From contig JAQVBZ010000003.1 in NCBI GenBank assembly GCA_028690055.1, positions 7,779 to 71,778 of the forward strand: DNA of 64,000 bases. The letters run 5' to 3'. Below the pieces are notes generated by a model. The model did no database searches, was not told the DNA's origin, and saw only the letters and a program-made list of their open reading frames with translations. Positions 52,217-63,454 of this stretch are shown here, piece by piece (within the stretch, counting starts at the first letter, position 1; every line of letters starts with the position of its first letter). This stretch comes from Minisyncoccota bacterium. Its GTDB lineage: Bacteria > Patescibacteriota > Minisyncoccia > JAHIHE01 > JAGLIN01. Made by a program: the position numbers and the translations under genes.

Positions 52217-53248
52217 CTATTTCCGCTTTGCCATCACTTCATTGATAGCTGTATAAGAACTTTTTGGAGAAAAATCTTCCGCCACAATCCCGCCCGCATC
52301 ACTACTACCGTCACGCAGCTGTCCTAAGATAATACCGGAAAAACCAGCGGAATTGGCCAAGTGAAGGGAATAAAGGAAATAGTCTTCTTGCTCTGCCATA
52401 TCATTACCCGAATCGTTCCTTACATTTCCCATCCAGACCTCCCCCTCCCAGTGATATTTCTTTTTCATACCCAGCAAATTTTTCTTTCCCCCTTCCAACT
52501 CCGTCGCACTTCCGGCATTCATAGAAAAAATATCGATGACAGCATCATTATTTCCCAACACCCTTTCAGCGAATGTCCTGTCCATTGCTTTCGCTCCGTC
52601 GGATAAAACCGTCCCTTCTAACGCGACTTTCGTAGAAAATGAAATTTGCTTTATCGCGAGCCCTACCTCCTTGGAAAAATTGAACCACTCTTCCAGCGAG
52701 CGCCGAGAATCCACTTGCCTGCCGATGCTGTAGGGACACTCCGGCAATATCAAAAAATAATCCGGTTTGTATCTAGCCATCAAAAAAACCGTATCCGATT
52801 TGTACTCTTTTTTAAAATCATCCCAGCTCGCATTACCTCCGCCTTCATTCGATCCGAGCCAGGAATTCCTGCCCAGATACGCCAAGTATACTTTCATTTT
52901 CTTATCTCGCGCACATGCAACAGCCCCATCCAGTTTCGCCAGTTCGCCAGCACTTTCCAAAGTTCGACGCTCGAGATCAAAACGTACCAGACCAGCCCCC
53001 AGATCGGATGCGAGAGATATCTCTTTCTCAACGTTAGAAAGATCAATAGCAAAATCTTTTTCTCTTCCCACCTTCGCGGAAGCGGCGTTGATAGTAGTAC
53101 CGAAAGAAACATTTTTCGAGAATGACACCATATCGGAAGACAATTCCGGAATTTGCGGCTCGCTAAATTTTTTATAACCGAGATAAACTGAAACAAAAAG
53201 CAACAAAATGATTAGCAGTTTCATGTTCTCTTTGAGATTGCCTTCCAT
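52217..53248 (-). CDS. membrane-anchored putative glycoside-hydrolase-like (TIM barrel) protein
   Basis: TM anchor; 'LASDLGAGLVRFD' and 'PKSSY' resemble the GH clan-A layout; catalytic residues unclear. Confidence 0.5.
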   Translation of the reverse strand: MEGNLKENMKLLIILLLFVSVYLGYKKFSEPQIPELSSDMVSFSKNVSFGTTINAASAKVGREKDFAIDLSNVEKEISLASDLGAGLVRFDLERRTLESAGELAKLDGAVACARDKKMKVYLAYLGRNSWLGSNEGGGNASWDDFKKEYKSDTVFLMARYKPDYFLILPECPYSIGRQVDSRRSLEEWFNFSKEVGLAIKQISFSTKVALEGTVLSDGAKAMDRTFAERVLGNNDAVIDIFSMNAGSATELEGGKKNLLGMKKKYHWEGEVWMGNVRNDSGNDMAEQEDYFLYSLHLANSAGFSGIILGQLRDGSSDAGGIVAEDFSPKSSYTAINEVMAKRK

Positions 53249-53299
53249 AGTATTTAATATTTTAGCGCACAGCACCCGATTAATTCAAACATATTAGAA

Positions 53300-55843
53300 C
53301 TATACTTTTCTACCACTGCCTTTTTCCCCTCCTATACTTTTATAATAGAGCAATTTTATTGTTTCGGAAACAACAAAATATACTACCACGATAGCCATAT
53401 CCAAAGCTATAGAGCTCGCGCTGATAGCCACAAAACCGAATACTTCCTGCCCGAATCGCGTGAAAGGTATGACGAGAGTAACAGCCGCCGCCAGTGTGGC
53501 AAGAGAAATCAATTGAAAAGACGGACAGACCGCGCGCCAGAAAGGCTTGCGGGTGCGAATAGAGAATATGAAAGCGAGCTCGGTCAAAATGCTACCGATG
53601 AACCAATTGGTGCGCAATATCTCCGGAGAAATCTGGTAATAGAGCCCGAAAAAAAGAAAATCAAACACCGAACTTACCACACCCAAAAGCGAAGCGATAA
53701 GCACGATATCCTTAACCTCATATTTGCGCGGAGTCCGGAGTTCCGAGTCGTCCACCGTGTCCGAGCTTACCGCAATCATCGGAAAATCAGAAAGAAGATT
53801 GATAAGCAAAATCTGTAGCGGCAACATCGGTAAAAAATCTATGAGTAGAGAGGCTGAAGCCACGGCAAAGAAATTGCCAAAATTGGAAGCGAGAGTGGAT
53901 TTGATATATTTGGTCGTATTGGCAAAAACCGTCCGCCCTTCCCGGATGCCTTCAATAATGACACCGAGACTCTTATCGAGAAGAATGATATCCGCCGACT
54001 CTCGCGCGATGTCCGACGCCCCATTAACCACGATTGATACCCCGGCAACTTTCAGCGCCGGTGCGTCATTAATGCCCTCGCCCAAAAATCCGACTTGATA
54101 TCTTTCCTGCAGCTCCTTGATGATTTTATATTTCTGCTCCGGCGTTACGCGAGCGATAACCGAATATTTATCCAAGGCCACCGCACGGGTCTTGCGATCC
54201 ATCTCATCCAGCGCCGCCGCAGTGATAACCTCTTCCGGAGACTGGCTGAGCCCGATTTCATATGCCACCGCCCCCGCCACTTCCGCACTGTCACCGGTCA
54301 ATATCTTGATCCGCACGCCCAATTTCTGCGCATTCTTGATAGCCGCAAACGTACTCTTTTTGATAGGATCAACAAAAGAGACTATACCCAAAAGTTCGAA
54401 GCCCTCTACTTGAGCGCGAGCTTCCGTCTCCATATCATCCACATCGGGGGCTATCTCTTTGCGAGCAAGCGCCAGCACACGCCGGCCGGACAACCCCTCT
54501 TGCTTGATCCAATACATGATCTCCATGTGTTGCTTCTTGGATATGGAGTTGCAGTATTCCAAAATCCTTTCAGGCGCACCACGATAGATGAGCTCGCGTT
54601 TGCCTTCGCGCTCCACCATCACTTCGTTCTTTTTCTTCTTCGGATTAAAAGACTCCTCGTAGATGCGATTGTATTTTCCCAGCTCATTTTTTTGCGCTGC
54701 GGAAATTTTTTTCCATAACGCAAGATCGAAAGGCTCCGTCTTCTTCTTCTTGATATCGGATGAGGCTAAATTAGCGTACAGGAATAATGTATTTACGTCT
54801 TCGCCCCACGTCTCCGCCACCGTGAGCGAATTCTCTGTCAACGTTCCCGTCTTGTCCGTACAGATTATTTCCACGCCCCCCAGATCCTCCACCGCAGACA
54901 GCCTCTTGACGATTACCTTGCTTCGTGCCAAAACACGCGCGCTATGTGAAAGAGCAAAAGTAGTCACCAATGGCAACGCTTCGGGAATGACCCCTACCGT
55001 CAATGCGATAGAAAAAAGCAACAGCTCACTTATCTCAAAAGTGCCTGCACGCAAAATAGCGTTAGATGCGAATACCAGAACGAGCGTGACCGCGATAAGT
55101 TTCAATATGAAAGCGGAAAAATCATTGATACCTTTTTCGAAGTTACTCACACTCTTGGTGGCCGAGGCGAGACGTGCGATACTTCCCATCACAGTCCTCT
55201 TGCCGGTTTTGATTACCACCGCCTTGGCAGTACCGTCTACCACTGCCGTACCGGAGAAACCTATGTTTTCCGCCTCAAAAAAATTATCCGCAATCTTCTG
55301 CAACACCCCGCTAATTTTGTGCGCCGACACTGACTCTCCCGTAATAACAGATTCATCTGCCTTAAAATTCTCCGTTTTCAAGAATCGGACATCCGCTGGA
55401 ATCTTATCACCCGTTTCCAAAAAAATTATGTCTCCCACCACCAGCTCTTCGGATTTTACCAAAGATATCTTGCCGCCGCGCAAAGTCTTTACATTCGAGA
55501 CTACGAACGCTTTAAGAAGCTCTATCGTCTTTTCCGACCGATATTCCTGAAAAAATCCCAAGGTGACGTTGATTGCCAAAAAAACAGCGATCATAAAACT
55601 ATCGGTCTTCTCCCCCAAACAGAGCGCCAGTATCGCAGCGCCGATCAGAAGATAGATGAAGGCTGATTTGAATTGGCGAAAAAACACTTCCTGCCATTTC
55701 AATTTTTTATCCGCAAGCGCATTTGATCCATATTTTTCCAATCTCGCCCCAGCTTCTTTCACTGGCAATCCTTTTTGCTCATCCACTTTGAGCTCCTGCA
55801 AAATATCCTCTACCCGTCTGGCGCTATAAGAAAAAACCTCCAT
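53300..55843 (-). CDS. P-type ATPase, probably Mg2+-importing (MgtA-like)
   Basis: TGES, IPEALP, DKTGT, TGD, SNFGN, PFW motifs. Confidence 0.88.
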   Translation of the reverse strand: MEVFSYSARRVEDILQELKVDEQKGLPVKEAGARLEKYGSNALADKKLKWQEVFFRQFKSAFIYLLIGAAILALCLGEKTDSFMIAVFLAINVTLGFFQEYRSEKTIELLKAFVVSNVKTLRGGKISLVKSEELVVGDIIFLETGDKIPADVRFLKTENFKADESVITGESVSAHKISGVLQKIADNFFEAENIGFSGTAVVDGTAKAVVIKTGKRTVMGSIARLASATKSVSNFEKGINDFSAFILKLIAVTLVLVFASNAILRAGTFEISELLLFSIALTVGVIPEALPLVTTFALSHSARVLARSKVIVKRLSAVEDLGGVEIICTDKTGTLTENSLTVAETWGEDVNTLFLYANLASSDIKKKKTEPFDLALWKKISAAQKNELGKYNRIYEESFNPKKKKNEVMVEREGKRELIYRGAPERILEYCNSISKKQHMEIMYWIKQEGLSGRRVLALARKEIAPDVDDMETEARAQVEGFELLGIVSFVDPIKKSTFAAIKNAQKLGVRIKILTGDSAEVAGAVAYEIGLSQSPEEVITAAALDEMDRKTRAVALDKYSVIARVTPEQKYKIIKELQERYQVGFLGEGINDAPALKVAGVSIVVNGASDIARESADIILLDKSLGVIIEGIREGRTVFANTTKYIKSTLASNFGNFFAVASASLLIDFLPMLPLQILLINLLSDFPMIAVSSDTVDDSELRTPRKYEVKDIVLIASLLGVVSSVFDFLFFGLYYQISPEILRTNWFIGSILTELAFIFSIRTRKPFWRAVCPSFQLISLATLAAAVTLVIPFTRFGQEVFGFVAISASSIALDMAIVVVYFVVSETIKLLYYKSIGGEKGSGRKV

Positions 55844-55937
55844 TGTTTTTTGTTTAAATATTTATTTTTATTGCAAATATCACATATCAATAATCCCACT
55901 TTATAGGCAGGATGTCAAAACGAGAAAACTCATATTT

Positions 55938-56183
55938 TGTTATTCTGAAGAATCCCGTCATATACCACGGGATAAACAAGATAACTATTATTTCGTCATT
56001 CCGAGGTACCCCGAAAAATCCCTTCATTTTTTGCGTGGTAACGAGATTCTCCCTTCTGCTAAGAGTGACTTATAATGAAACGGCTCTCTCACAATAATTA
56101 CTATCGCAATAAGATGAGCGTAAACAATTTTATCGTCATCAGTACGTCCCCTCTCCTACCGGGAGAGGGTCGGGGTGTGGGGG
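55938..56183. repeat. degenerate GTCA palindromes plus a CCCTCTCC repeat
   Basis: GTCATTCCGAGGTACCCCGAAAAATCCC at 55995; CCCCTCTCCTACCGGGAGAGGGTCGGGG at 56148. Confidence 0.7.
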
Positions 56184-56224
56184 ATGATAATATTTAAACC
56201 TTTTTGAAAAGTACGATTAACACC

Positions 56225-57988
56225 TCACCAACTCCCGCCGCCACCGCCTCCGAAACCGCCACCGGAAAATCCACCGCCTCCGAAACCGCTTGAGCCGGAT
56301 GCAGCAGGAGAAGTCACGGCAGAAGAACTGAAGTCGGATCGAAAATCACCCAAGCTATTCACAAAATAGAGCGCCGTGAAATTATTGAATCCCCGCGAGT
56401 CTTCATACCAGGACGGCGAAGCATTATAAATCCCTACGAATTGTTTCGCCCATTCTTTCTCCACCCCGAGCGTGATCGCATAAGGAAGTAGTTTCTCAAA
56501 CTGTTCCGGATTTTTCTCCGGCGCATTATGGAATTCCAAACGGTCCTTCTCCGCCACGGTCAGATAATTTTTCAGCCCCAGAATCTTCTCTTTGAGAAGA
56601 ACCCCCGATTCGGTTTTTTGCGGCATTGCAAAAGAAAAAATACCGATAATCGCAAAAGAGACGACAAGACTCAGGATCGCATAAGCCCCGAAAACGCCAC
56701 CAAGAAAATTGAAGATGATCAAGAAGAACCCGATAAGGATAAAAAGATAGATAACGAAATATTTAACTCGCGCCTCCTGCGGATTTTTAAAAAAATAACC
56801 TTTTTGCGAAACGGAACCATAAACCTCTTTGACAAAAAGATTGTATTTCTTATAAAAAGTGTTCTTTAGATCCGAAAGTTTAACCGAATTCCCTTTCTCG
56901 AAAATTCCGCCCAACAAAATCTTTTCATGCTCACTGAGAGATTCATCGGCCTCTTTCAATTTCTCAAAATAATATTCCGCGCTTTTTACAAAAAGCATTT
57001 CCTTCTCTTGCCGCCTGATTTTGAGATATCCTTTCACCGCCAACTCTATAATCTCCGCAGAAAGTTCTTTTTGATCACATTTTTCATCCACCATCGTGCC
57101 CGCCTCCGCCGGCGTGACATTGTCCGGCACGTCGAATTCCGTGATAATTGTCCCCCTTCCTTTCGGGTCTTTACCTCTTTTTCTCCAGATACAGAAAGCC
57201 AAGATGAATACCAGGAAAGGTACGAACAAAACAATATTGTCGATGAGAGTCTCTCTGAAAACTTCAGATGCGGTCGGCTGATAAATTATCCCCCTGGGTA
57301 CCCCAACCACGACCGTCAGCCCCTCACCCGCCGATAAATCTTGCGCGACAAAGTTCGCCCCTCCTACAAAACCACTGTCAGATGAGAGGATATACCCCGC
57401 CATATCACAGGCATCAGCGCTGCCCGATAAACCGGAAAAACATTTTATCTGCGTATCCTCTTTTCTAAAAACCTCCGGAAAGGAAACTTGCGCGCTCGCC
57501 TGTACTATCGGTACTATGAATCGGTTGCCCGTCACATTCCAATAGAGTTCATCATAATTACCCAGATAATTGATAACGCGCTTGACCTTGTAACTGATAA
57601 TATAAGTCTTTGCCCCTGTCACAAGAGTATCCGCGTTACCGATCTTTATTTCCTTGTTGTTTCCGCTATCCGAAACCACAAACTCATACGTCGCGCCGTC
57701 GGTGTCAACAACCGAAACATCGCTCAAGCGCACGTTGTAGTTTCCTCCCCTCGCCGCGTAACGCACAGGAATATCTCGATAAATCCCATGTTTCTGAAAC
57801 TGCCCGAAATCATAATCAATTCTCTCCGTTACATCGACACTGGCATCCGTGTTCATCTTGACCGTAACGTCGAAGCTATCGATCTTCTCCTCTCCCACCG
57901 CGAGGGCAAAATTATTCCCGCATAAAAAAATCAGCGCCAAACCCAAAACCGAGGTCACCGCCTTAAATTTTTTGTTATTAATTTGCAT
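56225..57988 (-). CDS. DUF2207 family membrane protein
   Basis: HGIYRDIP, ELYWNVTG, LLPYAITLG, Gly-rich GGGGGGSW C-terminus. Confidence 0.9.
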   Translation of the reverse strand: MQINNKKFKAVTSVLGLALIFLCGNNFALAVGEEKIDSFDVTVKMNTDASVDVTERIDYDFGQFQKHGIYRDIPVRYAARGGNYNVRLSDVSVVDTDGATYEFVVSDSGNNKEIKIGNADTLVTGAKTYIISYKVKRVINYLGNYDELYWNVTGNRFIVPIVQASAQVSFPEVFRKEDTQIKCFSGLSGSADACDMAGYILSSDSGFVGGANFVAQDLSAGEGLTVVVGVPRGIIYQPTASEVFRETLIDNIVLFVPFLVFILAFCIWRKRGKDPKGRGTIITEFDVPDNVTPAEAGTMVDEKCDQKELSAEIIELAVKGYLKIRRQEKEMLFVKSAEYYFEKLKEADESLSEHEKILLGGIFEKGNSVKLSDLKNTFYKKYNLFVKEVYGSVSQKGYFFKNPQEARVKYFVIYLFILIGFFLIIFNFLGGVFGAYAILSLVVSFAIIGIFSFAMPQKTESGVLLKEKILGLKNYLTVAEKDRLEFHNAPEKNPEQFEKLLPYAITLGVEKEWAKQFVGIYNASPSWYEDSRGFNNFTALYFVNSLGDFRSDFSSSAVTSPAASGSSGFGGGGFSGGGFGGGGGGSW

Positions 57989-58059
57989 AAGATTGTTTTA
58001 AAATCTTAAAAATATAACTTAATAATCCCATTTTATAAGAAAGCTGTCAAAGAAAATAA

Positions 58060-59136
58060 CTTAAATTCTATTCTGAAATGCAATCCCCTTTTAAACAAAA
58101 GACATCTCGTTTGAGGTATAATAGTTACGTAGAATAACTAATCATTAACCCTAACGAAATGTCCTATCAACAGCTTACATTAAAACAACGTTTTCAACTA
58201 GAGACACTACGGCAGACTATGGGAACCCAGAAAGAGATAGCGGTGTGGATGAGAATAAGCGCTAGTACTGTTTCTCGTGAACTCAGAAGGAACAGGAAGG
58301 AAGGTTATGAGGCGCGCAGCGCCCATAGCCTCTGCAAGAGGCGCAGGAAAGAAGCCAAGCGTGTAACCAAGAAGCTCTTGCATGATAAAGAGGTTTATAC
58401 TTTTGTGAAAGATAAAATCACAATAGGTTGGTCACCGAAGCAGATCGCAGGACGCTTGAGAGATGATACGGGATTGATTATCTGTCACGAGACCATCTAT
58501 GATTTTATCTATACGAAAAAGAAAGAGTGGATCGAATGTTTAAGAAGAAAGAAAAACAAATACCGCAGGAATAAAGGAACCAAAACGAGGGAAAAAAGGC
58601 GAGAAGAAGCCAAAAAAAAGGATTGATACCAGACCGAGTGTGGTGGAAACGAGAGAAAGGATCGGAGACTGGGAAGGAGGTACTATCGTAGGAGGAGAGA
58701 AGATAACAGGTATCATTACCTCTGTAGAAAGGAGAAGTGGATGTTTATTGGGAGATCTATTTTTAAAAAAGAAAGCGGAAGTAATCAAGATAAAAACAGT
58801 TGCCAGATTCAAGAAGATTCCGGTTGATAAGAAATACACCATTACCTATGATAATGATGTAGAGTTCTCAGAGTATGAGATGATTAAGAAAGAAACAGGA
58901 ATGGATATATACTTTGCTTATCCCTATTACTCATGGGAGAGGGGAACCAATGAGAATACCAATGGACTTCTGAGACAGTTCTTTCCTAAAAAAAGTATGT
59001 TTGCTAAACTGACACAAATGGACGTTGATAAAGCCATTCTGCTTATCAACAATCGTACCAGGAAAAGACTTGGCTATCTGACCCCTTACGAGGTTTTTAT
59101 TGAAGGGAAGAATTGCAGTCCAAGGTAGAATGTACG
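58060..59136 (+). mobile_element. IS30-family insertion sequence (inactive)
   Basis: Imperfect 25-bp inverted repeats (CTTAAATTCTATTCTGAAATGCAAT / CGTACATTCTACCTTGGACTGCAAT); flanking AA may be a 2-bp target duplication. Confidence 0.85.
58159..59128 (+). pseudogene. IS30 transposase, frameshifted
   Basis: STVSRELRRN, WSP.QI, HETIY, WERGTNENTNGLLRQ; frame break at the A8 run 58612-58619; GDWEGDT has become GDWEGGT. Confidence 0.9.
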
Positions 59137-59886
59137 AAATGCCACCCATTGCGATAAGCAACAGGGAAACGGCCAATATCAGTCCTTGTCTTTTCATAAA
59201 ACTTTATTTAGATAAAATTATACCCCTCCTCTATATCTTTAAAAAATTTTGTTTTCAAAAAAACACTCTGCCGAATCGGACAGAGTTTTTTCGCAAAACA
59301 GGACAGACGGAATAATTGATGCTGATTCGAGGCTAATGCATATTTCGATTATTGATCGCATTTATTTACACAATAGACTAAAAAATAGAGGATGGCAAGC
59401 GTTTGCGGAACATGAATCAGGTCGCGTCTATTGCCATCCCTAACTCACTTGCATTTTAAGCCTTCTATTCCAACCAAAAGTTTCAATGTGATGTATTTTG
59501 ATTCCCCGCTTTAAGAGAGGCGGCGTCAACATAAGCGTAGCATTGTTGCCGCGCGGGGTGTGTGGGAACGGCCTGCTACTCATAACTTCAATATCACATA
59601 GCGATTGCGTTTATTAAAATGTAAATCATCAGTTGTTAGTCGATTCAACACACCCCTCGCAACGTTATAGCTCTTCCCTTCTCGAGAGGGGAATCTGATC
59701 CAGATTCTTCGGATGAAAATATACTACGGGAAATACAGGTGGAACATATTGCCATCTAAATACTAGGTTAGCCTAACCTGTATAATATTGTATTTTTTTA
59801 CGATATAAAACGAAGATTCCGGGTCGAGCCCGGAATTACAAGATAATAAAAAATACGAATAATATTATAATAAAGTCTACGTCGCC

Positions 59887-60975
59887 TTACAAGCTAAGCT
59901 CTTTTCGCATATCCTCCGGAGCTTCCCATAGAAAACAATCCTCGGGGTTGAACCAGAAATAGATAGGATCGCCGACTTTGAATTTTTTCCTGAGCTGGTC
60001 TTCCTTGAATTGCTTGTAGGCCCAGACAAGGTCTTCGCCGCTGCGGATCTGGTATTCGTAGAAATGGCCCATAAAGTTTACTGATTCCAGCCTTCCCTGA
60101 AAATAATTTTTGCCTGACTTGCTCTCGATATGGATCTTCTCAGGACGTACGCCGATTGCGATACGGGAAAATCCGGTATGACGTGCGATAGCGATAATCT
60201 TGTCCCGGCACTTCACCTCGTGCGCAGAAATCCTTTCACCGGTAAAAAAATTGCATTTGCCGATAAAGTTAGCAGCGAAGACAGAATTGGGCTTTTCATA
60301 AAGCTCCTCCGGCGTGCCAGTCTGGATGACCTTGCCCTGTCTCATAAGTATGATATTGTCAGCAATTGTCATCGCCTCTTCCTGATTGTGCGTGACATGA
60401 ATGGCCGTGATGCCATATTTCTTGGCGATGCGCTTAAGCTCGTAGCGGAGATATTCCCCGATTTTGGCATCCAGCGCCGAAAGCGGTTCGTCCAAAAGCA
60501 AAATTTTTGAGTTGGTAGAAAGAGCGCGCGCCAACCCCAGCCGCTGTCTCATCCCGCCCGACAGTTCATCCGGCATCGCGTGCGGACGATCGGATAGCCC
60601 TACTCTTTTCAGATTGCTCCGCACCGAATCTTCAATTGCTGCCTTACTCCATCCCTGCACCGTCGGCCCGTAAGCTACATTCTGCCATACATCCAGATGA
60701 GGGAAAACTGCGAAATGTTGAAAAACAAACCCCACATGGCGCTGTTGTACCGACATGTTAAGGGCGCTGCTGCCGTCAAACAGAATATCTCCTTCAGTCG
60801 GATTTTCCAGCCCCGCGATGCAGCGCAAGAGAGTGGTCTTGCCACAACCCGAAGGACCGAGCAAGGCGTTGTATTCTCCTTGCTTGATATGCAAATCGAT
60901 ATCATCAAGCGCTATAACTTTCTTGTCGACAGAAGGAAAACATTTTCCCAAATTCTTAATTTCTATTTCCGGCAT
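59887..60975 (-). CDS. ABC importer ATP-binding subunit (PotA/CysA/FbpC-like)
   Basis: GPSGCGKTT, LSGGMRQR, DEPLSALD, C-terminal TOBE-like region. Confidence 0.9.
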   Translation of the reverse strand: MPEIEIKNLGKCFPSVDKKVIALDDIDLHIKQGEYNALLGPSGCGKTTLLRCIAGLENPTEGDILFDGSSALNMSVQQRHVGFVFQHFAVFPHLDVWQNVAYGPTVQGWSKAAIEDSVRSNLKRVGLSDRPHAMPDELSGGMRQRLGLARALSTNSKILLLDEPLSALDAKIGEYLRYELKRIAKKYGITAIHVTHNQEEAMTIADNIILMRQGKVIQTGTPEELYEKPNSVFAANFIGKCNFFTGERISAHEVKCRDKIIAIARHTGFSRIAIGVRPEKIHIESKSGKNYFQGRLESVNFMGHFYEYQIRSGEDLVWAYKQFKEDQLRKKFKVGDPIYFWFNPEDCFLWEAPEDMRKELSL

Positions 60976-61030
60976 AGTTGTATTATTTATTTTTTATGAA
61001 TGCTGATTGTGATAGATACCTTCGATTATC

Positions 61031-61107
61031 TGTCACGCTGAGGGTAGTGTAGGATTCCGTTACTATGCGGGATATTACGGGATCCTTCGGAGTACCTCAG
61101 GATAACA
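61031..61107. repeat. GTCA-family palindromic element
   Basis: TGTCACGCTGAGG...CGGGATCCTTCGGAGTACCTCAGGATAACA. Confidence 0.75.
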
Positions 61108-61124
61108 CGTGGCGTTCCCTCCTC

Positions 61125-62696
61125 CTATACCCGTTTCACGGTTCTTGCCGTCTGCGTCTTTTTGAGAATAACAAGAAAAACCAGCGAGAATGAAAAAAGT
61201 ATGAGGCACGCAATCGCCGCTTCGTCCAATCTGTTTTCTTTGAAGAGCTCAACGATAAGCACAGAGACCGTTTTGATATTCTGGCTCACCGCGAGAGTAG
61301 CCCCTGTTTCCGAAAGACTACGCATAAAAACCATAATCGCACCGGTAATCAGCGCCGGTTTTATCTGCGGCAGAATGACCGTGCGAAAAATCCGGACCGT
61401 GCCGGCGCCCAGCGAATAAGCGGCATCTTCCTGGTCAGTGGAAATATTTCGGAAGGCAGCGACGAGCGGTTTTACAAAAAGCGGGAAAGTGAAACAAAGA
61501 TGGGCAAGGATCAAGATGACTATTTCCCAAGGTAAAAATTGCCGCCAAAAAAGCGCCAGAGAAAGTCCCAGGGCGCTAGTGGGGACGATCAGAATAACTT
61601 CGTTCAGGCTCTCGACGATTTCCCCTATTCCCATTCGGTTGCGAGCAATGATGTAGGCAATCGGCAGGGCTAAAAAAGCATTGAATAGCGTGACGATCCC
61701 CGCTACAGCAAATGAAATCAGAAGACTTCCGGTCAAGGCGCTTATGTCCACCGCTTTGAAATTCATAAAATAGTAAAGTACCAAGAAAATCGTAGGTAGA
61801 AAAATCATCGCAAAATAGACGAAAGTGACGATGAAATTGCGAGGAGAAAATAGCCCGGAAAGTTTTTTCTCAAAATCGGGACGGATGGTCGGCAAAGTAA
61901 AAGTTTTTTTGCCGAAAGCCGTCCGAGCCAGAACCAGTATCAAAAGTGCGATAAGGATAAGAATAATACTGAGTGATGCCGCCGCGGGAAAATTATCAGC
62001 GTCTTTGAGAGATACGATTAGAACCGGCGCGGTAGCAAAGACTCCTGCCACCATCATCGTCGCGCCCGTTTCCGAAAGGCTGCGCGTGAAAGAGAGAACC
62101 GCACCATTGATTACTCCATCACGGCAAAGCGGTAGCGCAATAGTACGGAAAAAGCTGAAAGGGCTGGCACCCAGACTATCCGCCGCCTCTTCGTAAGCGA
62201 CGTCAAGCTGCATAATCGCCGCCGAAACCGAGCGCACCATATACGGCAGTGTAAAAACTATGTGCAGTAAGATTATGAGTAGTGGCCCCTGGCTCACCAA
62301 CCCGCCTTCAAGTCCGATAAGTCTGGCTACACCCCAGTTCGTGCCGTAATAGAAATATACCGAAAATCCCAGTGCGGCAGTCGGCATCACCAGAGAAAGG
62401 TCGATAAGGTTATCAAGCCACTTGAGAAAACGATTCTTGCTACGCACGATCATCCATGCCAGCGGCACACCCAGAATCAGATTGAATATCGTGACGATTA
62501 AACCGATTGAGAGCGACAAGAAAAGCGCCCGGATTATCTCCGGATCCAGCAGCGCATCAAAATTCCCGAAGTAGCCCAAGATATAGACCGCGGGAATAAA
62601 AATCACGACAACGAAGAATAATAGCGAGGATAAAAAACCGAGATGAGCAGCCTTTTTCGACCAAGCAAAAGAGTGATTGCTTTTTGTGTCTGACAT
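61125..62696 (-). CDS. fused double-domain ABC importer permease (ModB/WtpB/FbpB-like)
   Basis: Two EAA loops (EEAADSLGA, EDAAYSLGA) and RSLSETGAT twice. Confidence 0.88.
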   Translation of the reverse strand: MSDTKSNHSFAWSKKAAHLGFLSSLLFFVVVIFIPAVYILGYFGNFDALLDPEIIRALFLSLSIGLIVTIFNLILGVPLAWMIVRSKNRFLKWLDNLIDLSLVMPTAALGFSVYFYYGTNWGVARLIGLEGGLVSQGPLLIILLHIVFTLPYMVRSVSAAIMQLDVAYEEAADSLGASPFSFFRTIALPLCRDGVINGAVLSFTRSLSETGATMMVAGVFATAPVLIVSLKDADNFPAAASLSIILILIALLILVLARTAFGKKTFTLPTIRPDFEKKLSGLFSPRNFIVTFVYFAMIFLPTIFLVLYYFMNFKAVDISALTGSLLISFAVAGIVTLFNAFLALPIAYIIARNRMGIGEIVESLNEVILIVPTSALGLSLALFWRQFLPWEIVILILAHLCFTFPLFVKPLVAAFRNISTDQEDAAYSLGAGTVRIFRTVILPQIKPALITGAIMVFMRSLSETGATLAVSQNIKTVSVLIVELFKENRLDEAAIACLILFSFSLVFLVILKKTQTARTVKRV

Positions 62697-62933
62697 TATT
62701 TTCTGTGAATGGGAAATTATTACTCTCTTATTATAACATATGGGGCGCAAAAATAAAAAAACGGACACTTAGTCCGATTGAAGGTTTTAATGCCGCGGGA
62801 TATTTTCTATATATACTTGGCTCACCTGCTTTTCCTATGGCTTATTTCATGCTAATAAATCTGGAATTATGCCAGATTAACTTATTTTGAATTACAAAAT
62901 ACCTTACTTGTTATTCCTGTACAAGTTAGACAG

Positions 62934-63281
62934 TTCGCTGACAAAATACTACATAATTTTCATCTATATGATATTTTTCGTGTGTCATGCTGGGCTTGAC
63001 CCGGTATCTTCTTTATATTTCGCTTTTACTTTGCCATAACGCTTAATCGTTATACTCCGTAGATTCCGGATATTTCGCAGTAACGAAATTCCGGAATGAC
63101 AAATATCGTGGATTTGGTGTTTAAGAAAAATTCTTCGAAAGATTCTTTTAAAAGTGTCAGCGAATCATCCGGCTTGCACAATTCCGTAAGGACCCCTTGA
63201 GAAGTAGCCTTAGACAAATCTCCTTATCATAAAAGTTCAGCAATAAACCGAGGGATTCCTCCGCTTTGCTGAGGAATGACA
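62934..63281. repeat. composite palindrome cluster / MITE-like element
   Basis: TTCGCTGACA...TGTCAGCGAA inverted ends enclose GTCA palindromes; shares blocks with 29336-29686. Confidence 0.65.
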
Positions 63282-63454
63282 AAATGTCGGTTTTATTACG
63301 GAGAATACAGTCTGGATGATTTGAAAAAGTATTCTTAAGATTAGAATTAAATAAGAACTTGCTTCCATTCCCTCTCCCACCGGGATTATCGCCGTGCCAT
63401 AGTAAAGTGACGGCAGGAGGGCGTTAGGGGGATAATTATTTCACTATCAATCAT

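Noticed and set aside
58612-58626. Programmed frameshift in the IS30 transposase
   Set aside because: Needs a +1 shift, IS30 is normally a single ORF, and the first catalytic Asp is also mutated; decay is more likely
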